Of a DNA stretch of 64,000 bases, positions 1 to 8,785 are shown one piece after another. Origin of the DNA: Candidatus Latescibacterota bacterium (lineage in GTDB: Bacteria; Latescibacterota; UBA2968); the NCBI GenBank assembly GCA_965198115.1, contig OZ240241.1:3392001-3456000 (forward strand), in the 5' to 3' direction. The notes below the pieces were generated by a model. It searched no databases. It worked only from the letters and a program-made list of their open reading frames with translations, and had not been told where the DNA came from. Every line of letters begins with the position of its first letter. Position 1 is the first letter of the stretch. The translations under genes and the position numbers were made by a program.

Positions 1-30
1 GACGTGCTCGTCTTCGACTATGTGATGTAG
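1..30 (+). CDS. 3' end of a gene running in from the left edge (…DVLVFDYVM*), product unknown
   Basis: Open frame from base 1 to TAG at 28-30; too short to assign. Confidence 0.35.
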   Translation, partial: DVLVFDYVM

Positions 31-152
31 CGGAACTTTCTGCGCCGCGAAGGGTCTGCAGCAATGAAGGCGTCAAATTTTCGTCATACATCGCGCGAGC
101 CGGGCGAGATGGTCCACGGGACTGTCTCGCCCTTCCTGTTTCGAGGACAGAC

Positions 153-1283
153 GTGACACGCAAACCATTCAGACTTTGGGCGTTGCCCTTCGTCATCGCG
201 GTGGCCGTCGGGTCAGCCTGCGCCGAGTCGCCCCCTCGGGGAGCTGCATACGAGTTCGACACCGACTTCGATCACCACAGCATTCCCTACGACGAAATCC
301 TTTCGGGCGGTCCACCCAAGGACGGGATTCCGGCGATCGACGACCCGGCGTTTGTATCGGTCGAAGGTGCGGATGGATGGCTGGGTGAGAAGGAAGGTGT
401 CGTCGTTTACAAGGTGGGCGACGACGTTCGCGCCTACCCGTTGCAGATCCTGATGTGGCACGAGCTCGTCAACGACCAGTTCGGGAATCGGCCCGTCACG
501 ATCAGCTACTGCCCGCTCTGCAACACGGCGATCGCGTATGACGGCCGCGTCGGCGACCACGAGCTCACCTTCGGCACGACCGGGCGTCTCCGCTACAGCA
601 ATATGGTGATGTACGATCGGGAGACCGAATCCTGGTGGCAGCAGGCCGACGGTAAAGCCATCGTCGGCGAATTGCTCGGCCAGAAGCTCTCGATGCTGCC
701 CGCTCCGATCTTGTCCTGGACACGATTCAAGACGCGTTATCCTCTCGGCAGGGTCCTGTCGAAAGACACCGGGCACCGTCGGGATTACGGCCGGAATCCC
801 TACCGACGCTACGACGCCGTCGGGGCAGAGCCCTTCCTCTACCAGGGCCCGGAAACTGACAGGACCCTCCGATCGATGACCCGCATCGTCGCGGTCGAAC
901 AGGGCACCGAGGCCACAGCCTACACCTACGATGACCTGGCCGAACAGAGCGTCATCAATGACACCGTCGACGGGTTGCCCGTCGCCCTGTTTTGGCGCGA
1001 AGGTGCGGCCTCCGCGCTCGACAAGGGACGCGTGGCCGAAGGACGAGATATCGGGATGGTCACGACCTACGTCCGCCGACTCGGCGAGCGAATCCTCGTC
1101 TTCGAGCGATCGGACGACGGTTTCGAAGACGGTGAAACGGAAACCACCTGGAACATTCACGGCGAAGCCGTCGCCGGCCCGCTGAAGGGCCAGCGTCTTG
1201 CACCCGTCGTCCACATCAACCACTTCTGGTTCAGCTATTTTGCGTTCCGACCCGACGTACGGGTTTACGGAAAGACCGAATAG
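153..1283 (+). CDS. DUF3179 family exported protein
   Basis: Signal-peptide-like N-terminus; motifs GGPPKDGIPAID, AYPLQILMWHELVND, YCPLCNT, FGTTGRLRYSNMVMYDRETESWWQQ, HFWFSYFAFRP. Confidence 0.85.
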   Translation: MTRKPFRLWALPFVIAVAVGSACAESPPRGAAYEFDTDFDHHSIPYDEILSGGPPKDGIPAIDDPAFVSVEGADGWLGEKEGVVVYKVGDDVRAYPLQILMWHELVNDQFGNRPVTISYCPLCNTAIAYDGRVGDHELTFGTTGRLRYSNMVMYDRETESWWQQADGKAIVGELLGQKLSMLPAPILSWTRFKTRYPLGRVLSKDTGHRRDYGRNPYRRYDAVGAEPFLYQGPETDRTLRSMTRIVAVEQGTEATAYTYDDLAEQSVINDTVDGLPVALFWREGAASALDKGRVAEGRDIGMVTTYVRRLGERILVFERSDDGFEDGETETTWNIHGEAVAGPLKGQRLAPVVHINHFWFSYFAFRPDVRVYGKTE

Positions 1284-1312
1284 AAAAGGGCCGACCCGCC
1301 CGGATCGGCCCT
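1284..1312 (-). terminator. Intrinsic terminator between convergent genes
   Basis: AGGGCCGA…TCGGCCCT stem with an adjacent A-run (U-tract on the minus strand). Confidence 0.55.
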
Positions 1313-1340
1313 CGAACGCACATCCTGGATCTACCGTTGC

Positions 1341-2060
1341 TCAGCCAGCCAGTTCCACCCTGTCACGACCGTGGTCCTTCGCCTCATACAGTGCCACGTC
1401 CGCCCGATCGATCAGATCATCCAACACTTTCGTCTCCAAGTCCGCCACAGCCACCCCCATACTCAGCGTGATCGACAGATCGCTGAACTTCATCTGCTTG
1501 ACTTCCCACCGGATGCGCTCGGCCAGCCTCGTTGCGTCTTCGACACCGGCGTGGGGCATGAACACGATGAACTCCTCGCCACCATAACGTCCGAACACGT
1601 CGGTTGTGCGGATCATACGCCGAATCGCGGCCGCCAGCTCGACGAGGACGGCATCGCCCCGTGCGTGGCCGTACGTGTCGTTCACGTCTTTGAAGTGATC
1701 CAGGTCCATCATAATGAGGGAAACTGGAAAATCGTGACGCCGACTCAGGCTCAGAATGGTCGATGCCTGCTCCACCATAAAACGCCGGTTGTAGATCCCG
1801 GTCAGGTAATCGTGTGTGCTGATGTCCTCAAGATTGTTCCGCGCCTCTTCCAGTTCTTGGATCAGGCGAAACGTCCGGTAAGTCCAGGCCGGGGCGATCG
1901 CCAATGAAACGATGGCCGCCGCCAGCACGCCCACACCCACGATATCGCTCCGACCGACGAGCGCGAGAATGACCGCCGTCAACACGATGGCCTCGACGGC
2001 GATGATTGCCGTACGCCCGAGGGACCGTACAAGCACCTGTCTGCGAGTATCCTTATCCAT
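1341..2060 (-). CDS. Membrane-anchored GGDEF diguanylate cyclase
   Basis: Two hydrophobic helices, then DYLTGIYNRR, DLDHFKDVNDTYGHARGD, GRYGGEEF, ADVALYEAKDHGRD. Confidence 0.9.
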   Translation of the reverse strand: MDKDTRRQVLVRSLGRTAIIAVEAIVLTAVILALVGRSDIVGVGVLAAAIVSLAIAPAWTYRTFRLIQELEEARNNLEDISTHDYLTGIYNRRFMVEQASTILSLSRRHDFPVSLIMMDLDHFKDVNDTYGHARGDAVLVELAAAIRRMIRTTDVFGRYGGEEFIVFMPHAGVEDATRLAERIRWEVKQMKFSDLSITLSMGVAVADLETKVLDDLIDRADVALYEAKDHGRDRVELAG

Positions 2061-2095
2061 CGTCCTTTAAATCATACCTCAGAGCCAGCTCGCGA

Positions 2096-2716
2096 TCACT
2101 CGCTTTCGTCAGCCTCGTCCACCGACCGGGGGAGGAATTCCGTCTTACCCTGGTGGCACGATGCGCAGTTCACGGCAGAATCGTTTATTCGTTGAAATTG
2201 AGTGAAGTTCTCGAACATAAACCTCGCTATCGTTCGATGAGACGTAGGAATGGTCGGGTCCATACGTCCCTTGTCATTTTTTTCGTGGCAGAACTGACAC
2301 TTCACGTCGAGGGCCTTCGTAAAGCCCTTCATCACCCGCATGATGTCCTTGCGCTCCACCCCTTCCATCAGCCGGCTCGCCGGCTTCTCGGTCCCGCGGG
2401 GGAGAAACCGAGCCGTTCCCGCGTGGCACGTCGCACACTCGACGGCCTCGCCACCGCTCGTGCGGAGGCTGTCCACAAAGTGAATCTTCATATGGATCGC
2501 GGTGTCCTTGAACACGGAGGGCGCTTCGAAGTGCGGCTTTCCGTCGGGCGTCTTCTCGATGTGGCAGTGAGTACACTCGACACCAAGCGACTTCGCGATG
2601 GCCTTCATACTCTCTTCACTCGTGTCCAGCACGTGGTGGTGATCCTCATCCGCCCCGATCGACCACGGCAGCGTGCATACGAGGGCGATGCTCAAACCTG
2701 TTCGGAACACCCGCAT
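2096..2716 (-). CDS. Periplasmic tetraheme c-type cytochrome, reaction-centre cytochrome (PufC)-like
   Basis: Signal peptide from ATG 2716; four CxxCH (CTHCH, CATCH, CQFCH, CASCH); MxxxxxxLGVxCxxCH pattern; two-fold internal repeat. Confidence 0.75.
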   Translation of the reverse strand: MRVFRTGLSIALVCTLPWSIGADEDHHHVLDTSEESMKAIAKSLGVECTHCHIEKTPDGKPHFEAPSVFKDTAIHMKIHFVDSLRTSGGEAVECATCHAGTARFLPRGTEKPASRLMEGVERKDIMRVMKGFTKALDVKCQFCHEKNDKGRMDPTIPTSHRTIARFMFENFTQFQRINDSAVNCASCHQGKTEFLPRSVDEADESE

Positions 2717-2783
2717 AGGTCGGTTCTCCTCTCCCCAATTCACGAAACAGCTGCCAGTAAGACAACGATGGAATACCACTACT

Positions 2784-3878
2784 CTATAAAGAACGGTCGA
2801 TGACCTCCACAATCCGTTCGGAGGCCTTACCATCCCACAGTTCGGGAATGCCGCCCTGCTTGTATCGACCTTCGAGCACCTCAACCGTCTTCTCTTCGAC
2901 CAGATCGGCGTCCAGGTTCACGATCGTGCTCGTTCCCACCTCCACCGTGACGGGTCGCTCGGTGTTCGGACGCATCGTCAGGCAGGGAACATCGAAGACG
3001 GTTGTCTCTTCCTGCAGGCCAGCGGAATCGGTCACGGCAAGCACAGAATCACGCTGAAGTCTGAGCGAGTCCAGATACCCCACGGGCTCGACGACACGCA
3101 CGTTGGACATCGCAGAGAGCGTCTTTTCCATTCCGAAGGTCTGAATTCGTGAGCGCGTGCGTGGGTGCAGCGGCAACACAACGGGCAGATGACGTTGCAC
3201 CCGATCGAGACACGCCAGCACTCGCCCCAGCGGTTCAGGTTCATCCACGTTGGCGGGCCGATGCGATGTCGCGATCGCATACCGATTTGGCTCCAACCCA
3301 AGATCCCCGACGATTCCAGACGAGTCGATCGACGGTTCTGCCCTTCGCAACGAGTCGACCATCACGTTGCCCACGAAGTGGATCCGTGAATCGGGGATCC
3401 CTTCGGCCTTCAAATTGTCATCGGCATCCCGCGACGGTGTGAACAGAAAGTCCGACACGACGTCCGCCACGATTCGGTTGATTTCTTCCGGCATCTTGCG
3501 GTCGCGACTCCGCAGCCCCGCTTCGACGTGCCCCACGGGAATGTGTTGCTTGACAGCGTCTACGGCGCACGACAGGGTCGGGTTGACGTCTCCAAACACC
3601 GCGACGAAATCAGGTTTCTCTTCGATCAGCACGGGGTCGAACGCCATCATCGCTTTTCCCGTCATCTCCCCCTGCGTCCCCGATCCGACACCGAGGTTGT
3701 ACTTCGGTTGGGGTAGTTTCAGATCCGCGAAGAAAACATCGGACATCCGCTCGTCATAGTGCTGTCCGGTATGCACGAGGACTGGCTCGTAGCGGTCGGG
3801 TTGCCGCATAAGCACGTGCAGCAAGGGCGCCGCTTTCATGAAATTCGGCCGTGTGCTGACAACGAGCAAAATTTTCAC
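2784..3878 (-). CDS. wecB: UDP-N-acetylglucosamine 2-epimerase (non-hydrolysing)
   Basis: TRPNFMK, HTGQHYD, HVEAGLRS, MPEEINR, TDSAGLQEE, RPNTERP. Confidence 0.92.
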   Translation of the reverse strand: MKILLVVSTRPNFMKAAPLLHVLMRQPDRYEPVLVHTGQHYDERMSDVFFADLKLPQPKYNLGVGSGTQGEMTGKAMMAFDPVLIEEKPDFVAVFGDVNPTLSCAVDAVKQHIPVGHVEAGLRSRDRKMPEEINRIVADVVSDFLFTPSRDADDNLKAEGIPDSRIHFVGNVMVDSLRRAEPSIDSSGIVGDLGLEPNRYAIATSHRPANVDEPEPLGRVLACLDRVQRHLPVVLPLHPRTRSRIQTFGMEKTLSAMSNVRVVEPVGYLDSLRLQRDSVLAVTDSAGLQEETTVFDVPCLTMRPNTERPVTVEVGTSTIVNLDADLVEEKTVEVLEGRYKQGGIPELWDGKASERIVEVIDRSL

Positions 3879-3947
3879 AGGACGCTCACAAGATCCTCAG
3901 GCTAAGTAACCGCGATCCTGCCTGGAGATTGGCCATTAACGGAAATC

Positions 3948-5297
3948 TCACGCGGCAACCGACCGACCGTCTATGCCTTCTGGCACATCCATCCCCAGCA
4001 GACTGAACAGTGTGGGGAGAACATCGACCACCTGCATCGATTTCTCGGATAGTTCGGACCCGCGCGTGTAGAACATCGCATCATCGTAGGTGTGCGTGCC
4101 GCACACGGGGCTGGGTTCGAACAACACTTCTTTGTCGAATCCACCCTTCAGGTCGTAGCCCCGCGCCGGTCGCGCGATCAGGTCGGGAGACATTTCGAAC
4201 GCACCGCCCGAAAACAGCTCTTCGCGCCGGTAGACCTGCTCGATCACCGGCGCTCCGGTCTCGTCATCCCGGAGCGAGGCGAGCCCCTCGGCAATCTCAT
4301 CCCGCAGCCGTTCGTACTCGGCACCGGGCGCCACCGACCCCTCATACTCCCGCCCCCGCACCTTGAGGTAGATGCGACCCGGCAGCAGTGAGTAGCAACG
4401 CGTCGACGACGCCAAGTCACGCAACCCCTTCGGGTCGGATGACGCCAGTTGCAGGTAGCCGGCCTGTCGGAGCCAGTGGTTCAGGTGAACTTCCTTCTCG
4501 AGCGAGCAGAATCCGTGGTCGGACAGGATAAGCAGCGCGACCTCATCCGTCAGTGCGTCGACCAGACGACCGATCATTTCGTCGACGCGTTCATAAAATC
4601 GCAGGAACCAGGGTGCATAGCGTTCGCTCCCCGCTTCATAGTCCGCCCACAGGAAGTGGTGCAAGCGGTCCGTATCCATAATGTGGGCGACGAACAGATC
4701 CCACGGCTCCTGACCCAAAAACCGGAAAAGTGTCTGGCACCGTCGGTCGAACGCGTTGAAAAGCTCGTCGAGGAAAGCGTCCCGATCCTCGCGTGCCTGC
4801 CAGGCATCGATATCGATCACATAGCCCGCCGCCTCCAGCTCTCGCGCCAAATGAAGCGGATGCGTGGCGTTTTTCAAACTCGGCGCGAGGAATCCGGGAA
4901 TGAGCACCCCGTTGATCGGCTTGGGCGGATACGTTGCAGGCACGCCCATCGAGAACACCCGTTTTCCGGCTCGGTCGAAATGGTCGACCCACGTGGGCGC
5001 CAATATATGACGCGAGGTCGGGATGAACATTTCGTGCGTCAGTGGAACCCGGTCGATGAACCCGAAGATGTTGTGCTTCCCGGGGTTGCACCCGGTCGTT
5101 ATCGACGTCCACGCAACCGACGAGACGGTCGGCAGCACGGATCGCATCGGAACCAGCGTGCCGACATCCAGCAGGGCCGCAAAGTTGGGCATATGGCCGG
5201 CCTCGACCAGCTGGTTCATCAGGCTGAAGGGCGTGCCGTCCAGACCGAGGACCACCGTGCGGGTGAGGGCGCGGGGTGTTCGAGAGAAGAGGCGCAT
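3948..5297 (-). CDS. Alkaline phosphatase superfamily nucleotide pyrophosphatase/phosphodiesterase
   Basis: VVLGLDG, PTVSSVAWTSITTGCNPGKHNIFGF, DTDRLHH, LSDHGF, GTH; start set at ATG 5297 because the longer ORF overlaps tRNA-His. Confidence 0.8.
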   Translation of the reverse strand: MRLFSRTPRALTRTVVLGLDGTPFSLMNQLVEAGHMPNFAALLDVGTLVPMRSVLPTVSSVAWTSITTGCNPGKHNIFGFIDRVPLTHEMFIPTSRHILAPTWVDHFDRAGKRVFSMGVPATYPPKPINGVLIPGFLAPSLKNATHPLHLARELEAAGYVIDIDAWQAREDRDAFLDELFNAFDRRCQTLFRFLGQEPWDLFVAHIMDTDRLHHFLWADYEAGSERYAPWFLRFYERVDEMIGRLVDALTDEVALLILSDHGFCSLEKEVHLNHWLRQAGYLQLASSDPKGLRDLASSTRCYSLLPGRIYLKVRGREYEGSVAPGAEYERLRDEIAEGLASLRDDETGAPVIEQVYRREELFSGGAFEMSPDLIARPARGYDLKGGFDKEVLFEPSPVCGTHTYDDAMFYTRGSELSEKSMQVVDVLPTLFSLLGMDVPEGIDGRSVAA

Positions 5298-5371
5298 CTG
5301 CGCGGAAGGCAATAAAGAACCCTCGACCCGGGTATCCCGACTCGAGCCAAGGGTAGGATTCCTATAAAGAG

Positions 5372-5449
5372 TGGGGTGAGTGAGGGGATTTGAACCCCCG
5401 ACCTCCTGGGCCACAACCAGGCGCTCTAACCAACTGAGCTACACCCACC
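5372..5449 (-). tRNA. tRNA-His (GUG)
   Basis: GGTGGGTGTAGCTCAGTTGGTTAGAGC…TTGTGGC…GGTTCAAATCC…CACCCCA; G-1 present and CCA encoded. Confidence 0.95.
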
Positions 5450-5473
5450 ACAACGTTTCCGACAACGGAGACG

Positions 5474-5547
5474 CACTCCCGGCAGGACTCGAACCTGCGA
5501 CCTACTGCTTAGAAGGCAGTTGCTCTATCCACCTGAGCTACGGGAGC
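5474..5547 (-). tRNA. tRNA-Arg (UCU), CCA not encoded
   Basis: GCTCCCGTAGCTCAGGTGGATAGAGC…CTTCTAA…GGTTCGAGTCC…CGGGAGTG. Confidence 0.93.
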
Positions 5548-5595
5548 TTACAGGGCCGCGAAAGAAGAAAAATGCGGCACTTCAAACAGTGGCTA

Positions 5596-5624
5596 ACAAT
5601 AGAAGTCTCAGTGACTTCTGTCAA
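5596..5624 (-). promoter_or_regulatory. Sigma70-type promoter for the tRNA-Arg/tRNA-His pair
   Basis: TTGACA-17 nt-TATTGT on the minus strand. Confidence 0.6.
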
Positions 5625-5649
5625 GTGAAAAGCCCTTGAACGGACGTGC

Positions 5650-6375
5650 TCAGGCAGCCTGTATAAGCCCTTTCCGGTAAGCGCAGACACGGCGCAATGG
5701 GCACGCTTCACAACCCGGGTTGCGTGCCGTACAGACGTTCTTTCCGAAGTCGATCAGATTCATGTGTAACACCCGTGCCTTCCCCGCGGGAATCAGCGGA
5801 CGGAGCACCTCGTGGGCTTTCTCTCTCCCGCACGTCGGATCGATCAGCGCCAGACGTCGCAGAATCCGGTGCACGTGGGTATCGACCGCACACAAATCCT
5901 TGCCGCAGGCGAATGCGAGGACGATGTAAGCGGTCTTCAACCCGATCCCTTTATGCTGAACGAGGAGAGCGATCCCCTCATCCGTGTCGAGGTCGGCGAG
6001 GAAAGCGAGATCGAGACGACCCCGTTCGGCCTTCAACCACCTGAGAAAGTCGCGAATCGCCGGTGCCTTGGTTTGAACAAGACCGGCCACGCGAATCAGC
6101 CGCTTGAGCGTCCGCAGATCGGATTCGAGCACGGCCTCCCACGACGGTAGGGTTTCGCGCAGGGCGGTGAAGGCTCGGTCTCGGTTTTCGTCAGTCGTAT
6201 TCTGCGACAGGATCGTGCGGACCACGTCGTCCAACGGATTAGGAGGTCGCCGCATCGCATCCCACGCAGAGCCCCCATATTGCCCGTCCAGCACATCGTA
6301 GACGCGACGGATAAGCCGACGCTTCTGCGAGGCTGTCTTAGAACCGGTTGCTTTAGTCGGTTTGGGTGCGGGCAC
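5650..6375 (-). CDS. Endonuclease III-like HhH-GPD DNA glycosylase with 4Fe-4S motif
   Basis: TILSQNTTD, HKGIGLKTA, AVDTHVHR, CTARNPGCEACPLRRVC; start uncertain (GTG 6375 chosen). Confidence 0.85.
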   Translation of the reverse strand: MPAPKPTKATGSKTASQKRRLIRRVYDVLDGQYGGSAWDAMRRPPNPLDDVVRTILSQNTTDENRDRAFTALRETLPSWEAVLESDLRTLKRLIRVAGLVQTKAPAIRDFLRWLKAERGRLDLAFLADLDTDEGIALLVQHKGIGLKTAYIVLAFACGKDLCAVDTHVHRILRRLALIDPTCGREKAHEVLRPLIPAGKARVLHMNLIDFGKNVCTARNPGCEACPLRRVCAYRKGLIQAA

Positions 6376-6419
6376 GGAAAAGTTGCGCGGGCGATCGCCC
6401 GCTGTGGGGCGACGGGGTT

Positions 6420-6770
6420 CTACGGGTGGGACGTCAGGAAGGTGTCCAGCCGATCCTCGGCGTCGTCTTCGAACCGGGCCAGCATCCAACCGGTAGACAG
6501 CTGCCCGTCGTCGGTACGCACAGCCCAGATGGGCTCGCCAAAGACTTTGACCGGCTCTTCCTCGGGTAGCTCGATGATCAGCGGTACTTCGCGGTCTCCA
6601 TCCGTCAGCGCGGCCAGCGAAAGCTGGCGCCCGATCTTCATCCGGATTCCAACGGTGGAGATGTCCTCGGTCCAGTAGTGCTCATCGTGTGTGCTGATCG
6701 TCACACGCAATCTCGCATCGACACGAGGATGACGACGTCGTCGACTGAATATTTTGGAAAGAAAGCTCAT
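6420..6770 (-). CDS. PilZ domain protein
   Basis: RRRHPR and DISTVG match the RxxxR and DxSxxG c-di-GMP-binding motifs. Confidence 0.8.
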   Translation of the reverse strand: MSFLSKIFSRRRRHPRVDARLRVTISTHDEHYWTEDISTVGIRMKIGRQLSLAALTDGDREVPLIIELPEEEPVKVFGEPIWAVRTDDGQLSTGWMLARFEDDAEDRLDTFLTSHP

Positions 6771-6774
6771 CGTC

Positions 6775-7423
6775 AGTCATGACCTCCGGCAAAGCCGGAG
6801 GCTTGAAAACTTGTGAACCGCTCAAAGCGGTTGGAAACCAAGCGCCACCTAAAGGTGGCGATTACCTGAAAATGTTGAGCTGGTCGAGACTCAGGTCCTC
6901 CCGCTCCTGGTTCTGGATATACTCCCGAACCGTCTGTTCATCCTTGCCAACGGTGGAGACCCAGTAGCCTCTTGCCCAGAAATGCTGCCCGGTGAAGTTC
7001 GACCTAACCTACGTCCCAGATAGTTCCGAGCAATGTGAATCGCACTCTTTCCTTTGATGAACCCTACCGTCTGAGCTACTGAGTGCTTCGGCGGGATCGA
7101 AATCAACGTGTGCACATGGTCGGATTGCAGGTGACCCTCTTCCACACGGCATTCCTTCTGTGCGGCCAGATCCCGAATCACCTCGCCCAGATAGCGACGA
7201 ATTTCACCATACAACACTTTTCTACGATACTTCCGAACCCAAACAACGTCATACTTGCACTCCCATACCGTGTGACGTAGACTCCTTACGTTGTTCATTA
7301 GAGAGCCTTCCTTCCGTGTGCTTTGAGCGGTCCACGGCAAGGGAGGCCTCTTACATATTTCTGGAACTGTCAAACTCTGGGAGTCTCCCCGGCAGAGCCG
7401 GGGGCTTACCAAGGTTTAGTTAA
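6775..7423 (-). mobile_element. IS200/IS605 family element (IS200-type, tnpA only); boundaries approximate
   Basis: Subterminal hairpins CCTCCGGC-AAA-GCCGGAGG (6783-6801) and CCCCGGC-AGA-GCCGGGG (7387-7403) flank a Y1 transposase; lower GC than flanks. Confidence 0.85.
6862..7298 (-). pseudogene. tnpA: IS200 TnpA (HUH/Y1 transposase) frameshifted by a 5-bp duplication
   Basis: WECKYDVVW, KYRRK, DHVH, IPPKHSV, KGKSAI; removing one ACCTA at 7002-7011 restores NFTGQHFWARGYWVSTVG…EYIQNQE (143 aa). Confidence 0.85.
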
Positions 7424-7546
7424 AGGTCGGACAAACCACCCGGGGGCTCGTCCCAACGGAAGATACTACACCCGTCCAGTCGCTAAATCCAGCGAAAAAT
7501 CGTCGCAAGCTCCTATGCTACCGGAGATTATAACGGTGACGGTTTC

Positions 7547-7590
7547 TTGACACGCGTGGGCGGGATCGCCATATTTGGGAAGTTAACTTC
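7547..7590 (+). promoter_or_regulatory. Promoter and candidate operator for the TetR operon
   Basis: TTGACA-17-CATATT followed by the perfect palindrome GAAGTTAACTTC (7579-7590). Confidence 0.5.
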
Positions 7591-7615
7591 ATCCCCCCTT
7601 TCGACGAGAGCCACG

Positions 7616-8260
7616 ATGGGCCAAAAGCGGATGTCACACGAGGAGCGACGGCTACAGATCATCTCTGTGGCGACAGAGCTCTTCGCCAGCAAGGGTTTCC
7701 GTGGCGCAACGACTCGTGCCATCGCAGAAACCGCGGGAGTCTCCGAGGCCATCATTTTTCGTCATTTTGCCACAAAAGAGGATCTCTACGACGCCATCAT
7801 CACGTCGTCTCTCGAAAAAAGGCGTGAGCACTGGGACCGCGATGCCCTCATCGCCGACGCCAAAGACGACGATCTCGAAGGAATCCTCGTCAGGTTTGCC
7901 CATTCCGTCATCGTACGGAACAGGAGCGACCCGACCTTCATCCGGCTGATGATGTACAGTTCGCTCGAGGACCATAAATTCCGTCAGCGGTTTTTCGAAT
8001 CCTACCGTTCGCCGTTTTTCAAGCTCATCCGCCAGCGCATTACCGAAGGAATCGAGGCTGGTACGTTCGCTGACGTCGATCCCGCGATGACCACACGGTC
8101 GTTCTTCCGTACCCTCCTCCAGTACTGCATCGCCAGCTTCGTTGCCTCGCAGACACCGCCGGATTCGGCCGACGACGATGTCTTCATCAAAAACCTCGTC
8201 AAGGTTTATACCGGCGGCATCCACGCACGGCAAACAGATCCTGCGACGCTCCCCGCCTGA
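7616..8260 (+). CDS. TetR/AcrR family transcriptional regulator
   Basis: ATELFASKGFRGATTRAIAETAGVSEAIIFRHFATKEDLY HTH. Confidence 0.9.
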   Translation: MGQKRMSHEERRLQIISVATELFASKGFRGATTRAIAETAGVSEAIIFRHFATKEDLYDAIITSSLEKRREHWDRDALIADAKDDDLEGILVRFAHSVIVRNRSDPTFIRLMMYSSLEDHKFRQRFFESYRSPFFKLIRQRITEGIEAGTFADVDPAMTTRSFFRTLLQYCIASFVASQTPPDSADDDVFIKNLVKVYTGGIHARQTDPATLPA

Positions 8261-8281
8261 GCGGTTTCGACCACGTTGCCC

Positions 8282-8779
8282 ATGAAGCTCGACGAAAACA
8301 CCAAGCGCTTCATCGGCATACTCGGCAAGATCCCTATGTTCCAGCGTCTGCTGCCGGTCCAGTCGCTCGAAATCCTCAAAATCTGCCGTCCAAGAACCAT
8401 CGACAACCTCGAGGTTCTGACCGAACACGGGAGCAAGAGCACGGAGATGTATATCCTTCTTTCCGGCCAGCTTTCTGTCCGGGGCCCCGCAGGCACGACG
8501 ATCGCCACCCTGACGCCGCTCACGTCGGTCGGAGAAATGGGCATCATTACGGGTCAGCCGAGGACGGCCACCGTCGTGTCCCTCGGCAAGAGCAACGTTT
8601 TCGAGATCAGCAAAATCAAGTTCGAGGTGATGCTTAAAAAATTTCCAGACATCGGCTTCGTGATTTTCCGCAACATCATCCTCACCCTGTCGAACCGGCT
8701 CGACAGCACGAATCAGCAGCTCACGGAAAAAAGCCGAGAAATCGAGCGACTGACCCCAGAGGGACAGGCCATCGCCTGA
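8282..8779 (+). CDS. Stand-alone cyclic nucleotide-binding domain protein with C-terminal coiled coil (no HTH)
   Basis: MYILLSGQLSV, VGEMGIITGQPRTATV phosphate-binding cassette. Confidence 0.8.
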   Translation: MKLDENTKRFIGILGKIPMFQRLLPVQSLEILKICRPRTIDNLEVLTEHGSKSTEMYILLSGQLSVRGPAGTTIATLTPLTSVGEMGIITGQPRTATVVSLGKSNVFEISKIKFEVMLKKFPDIGFVIFRNIILTLSNRLDSTNQQLTEKSREIERLTPEGQAIA

Positions 8780-8785
8780 TCATCG

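Noticed and set aside
1-30. FliL C-terminus
   Set aside because: Nine residues with only loose resemblance; not supportable.
153-1283. Possible selenoprotein (some DUF3179 members carry Sec in the CxxC motif)
   Set aside because: The motif is CPLC with Cys codons and there is no in-frame TGA.
2096-2716. Evidence for phototrophy
   Set aside because: No pufL/M, bch or crt genes in the window; the cytochrome alone is insufficient.
5372-5547. tRNAs as an island integration site
   Set aside because: No integrase nearby and no duplicated tRNA 3' end was noticed in the window.
6775-7423. IS605-type element with TnpB or an omega-RNA
   Set aside because: The end hairpins enclose only tnpA, leaving no room for tnpB.
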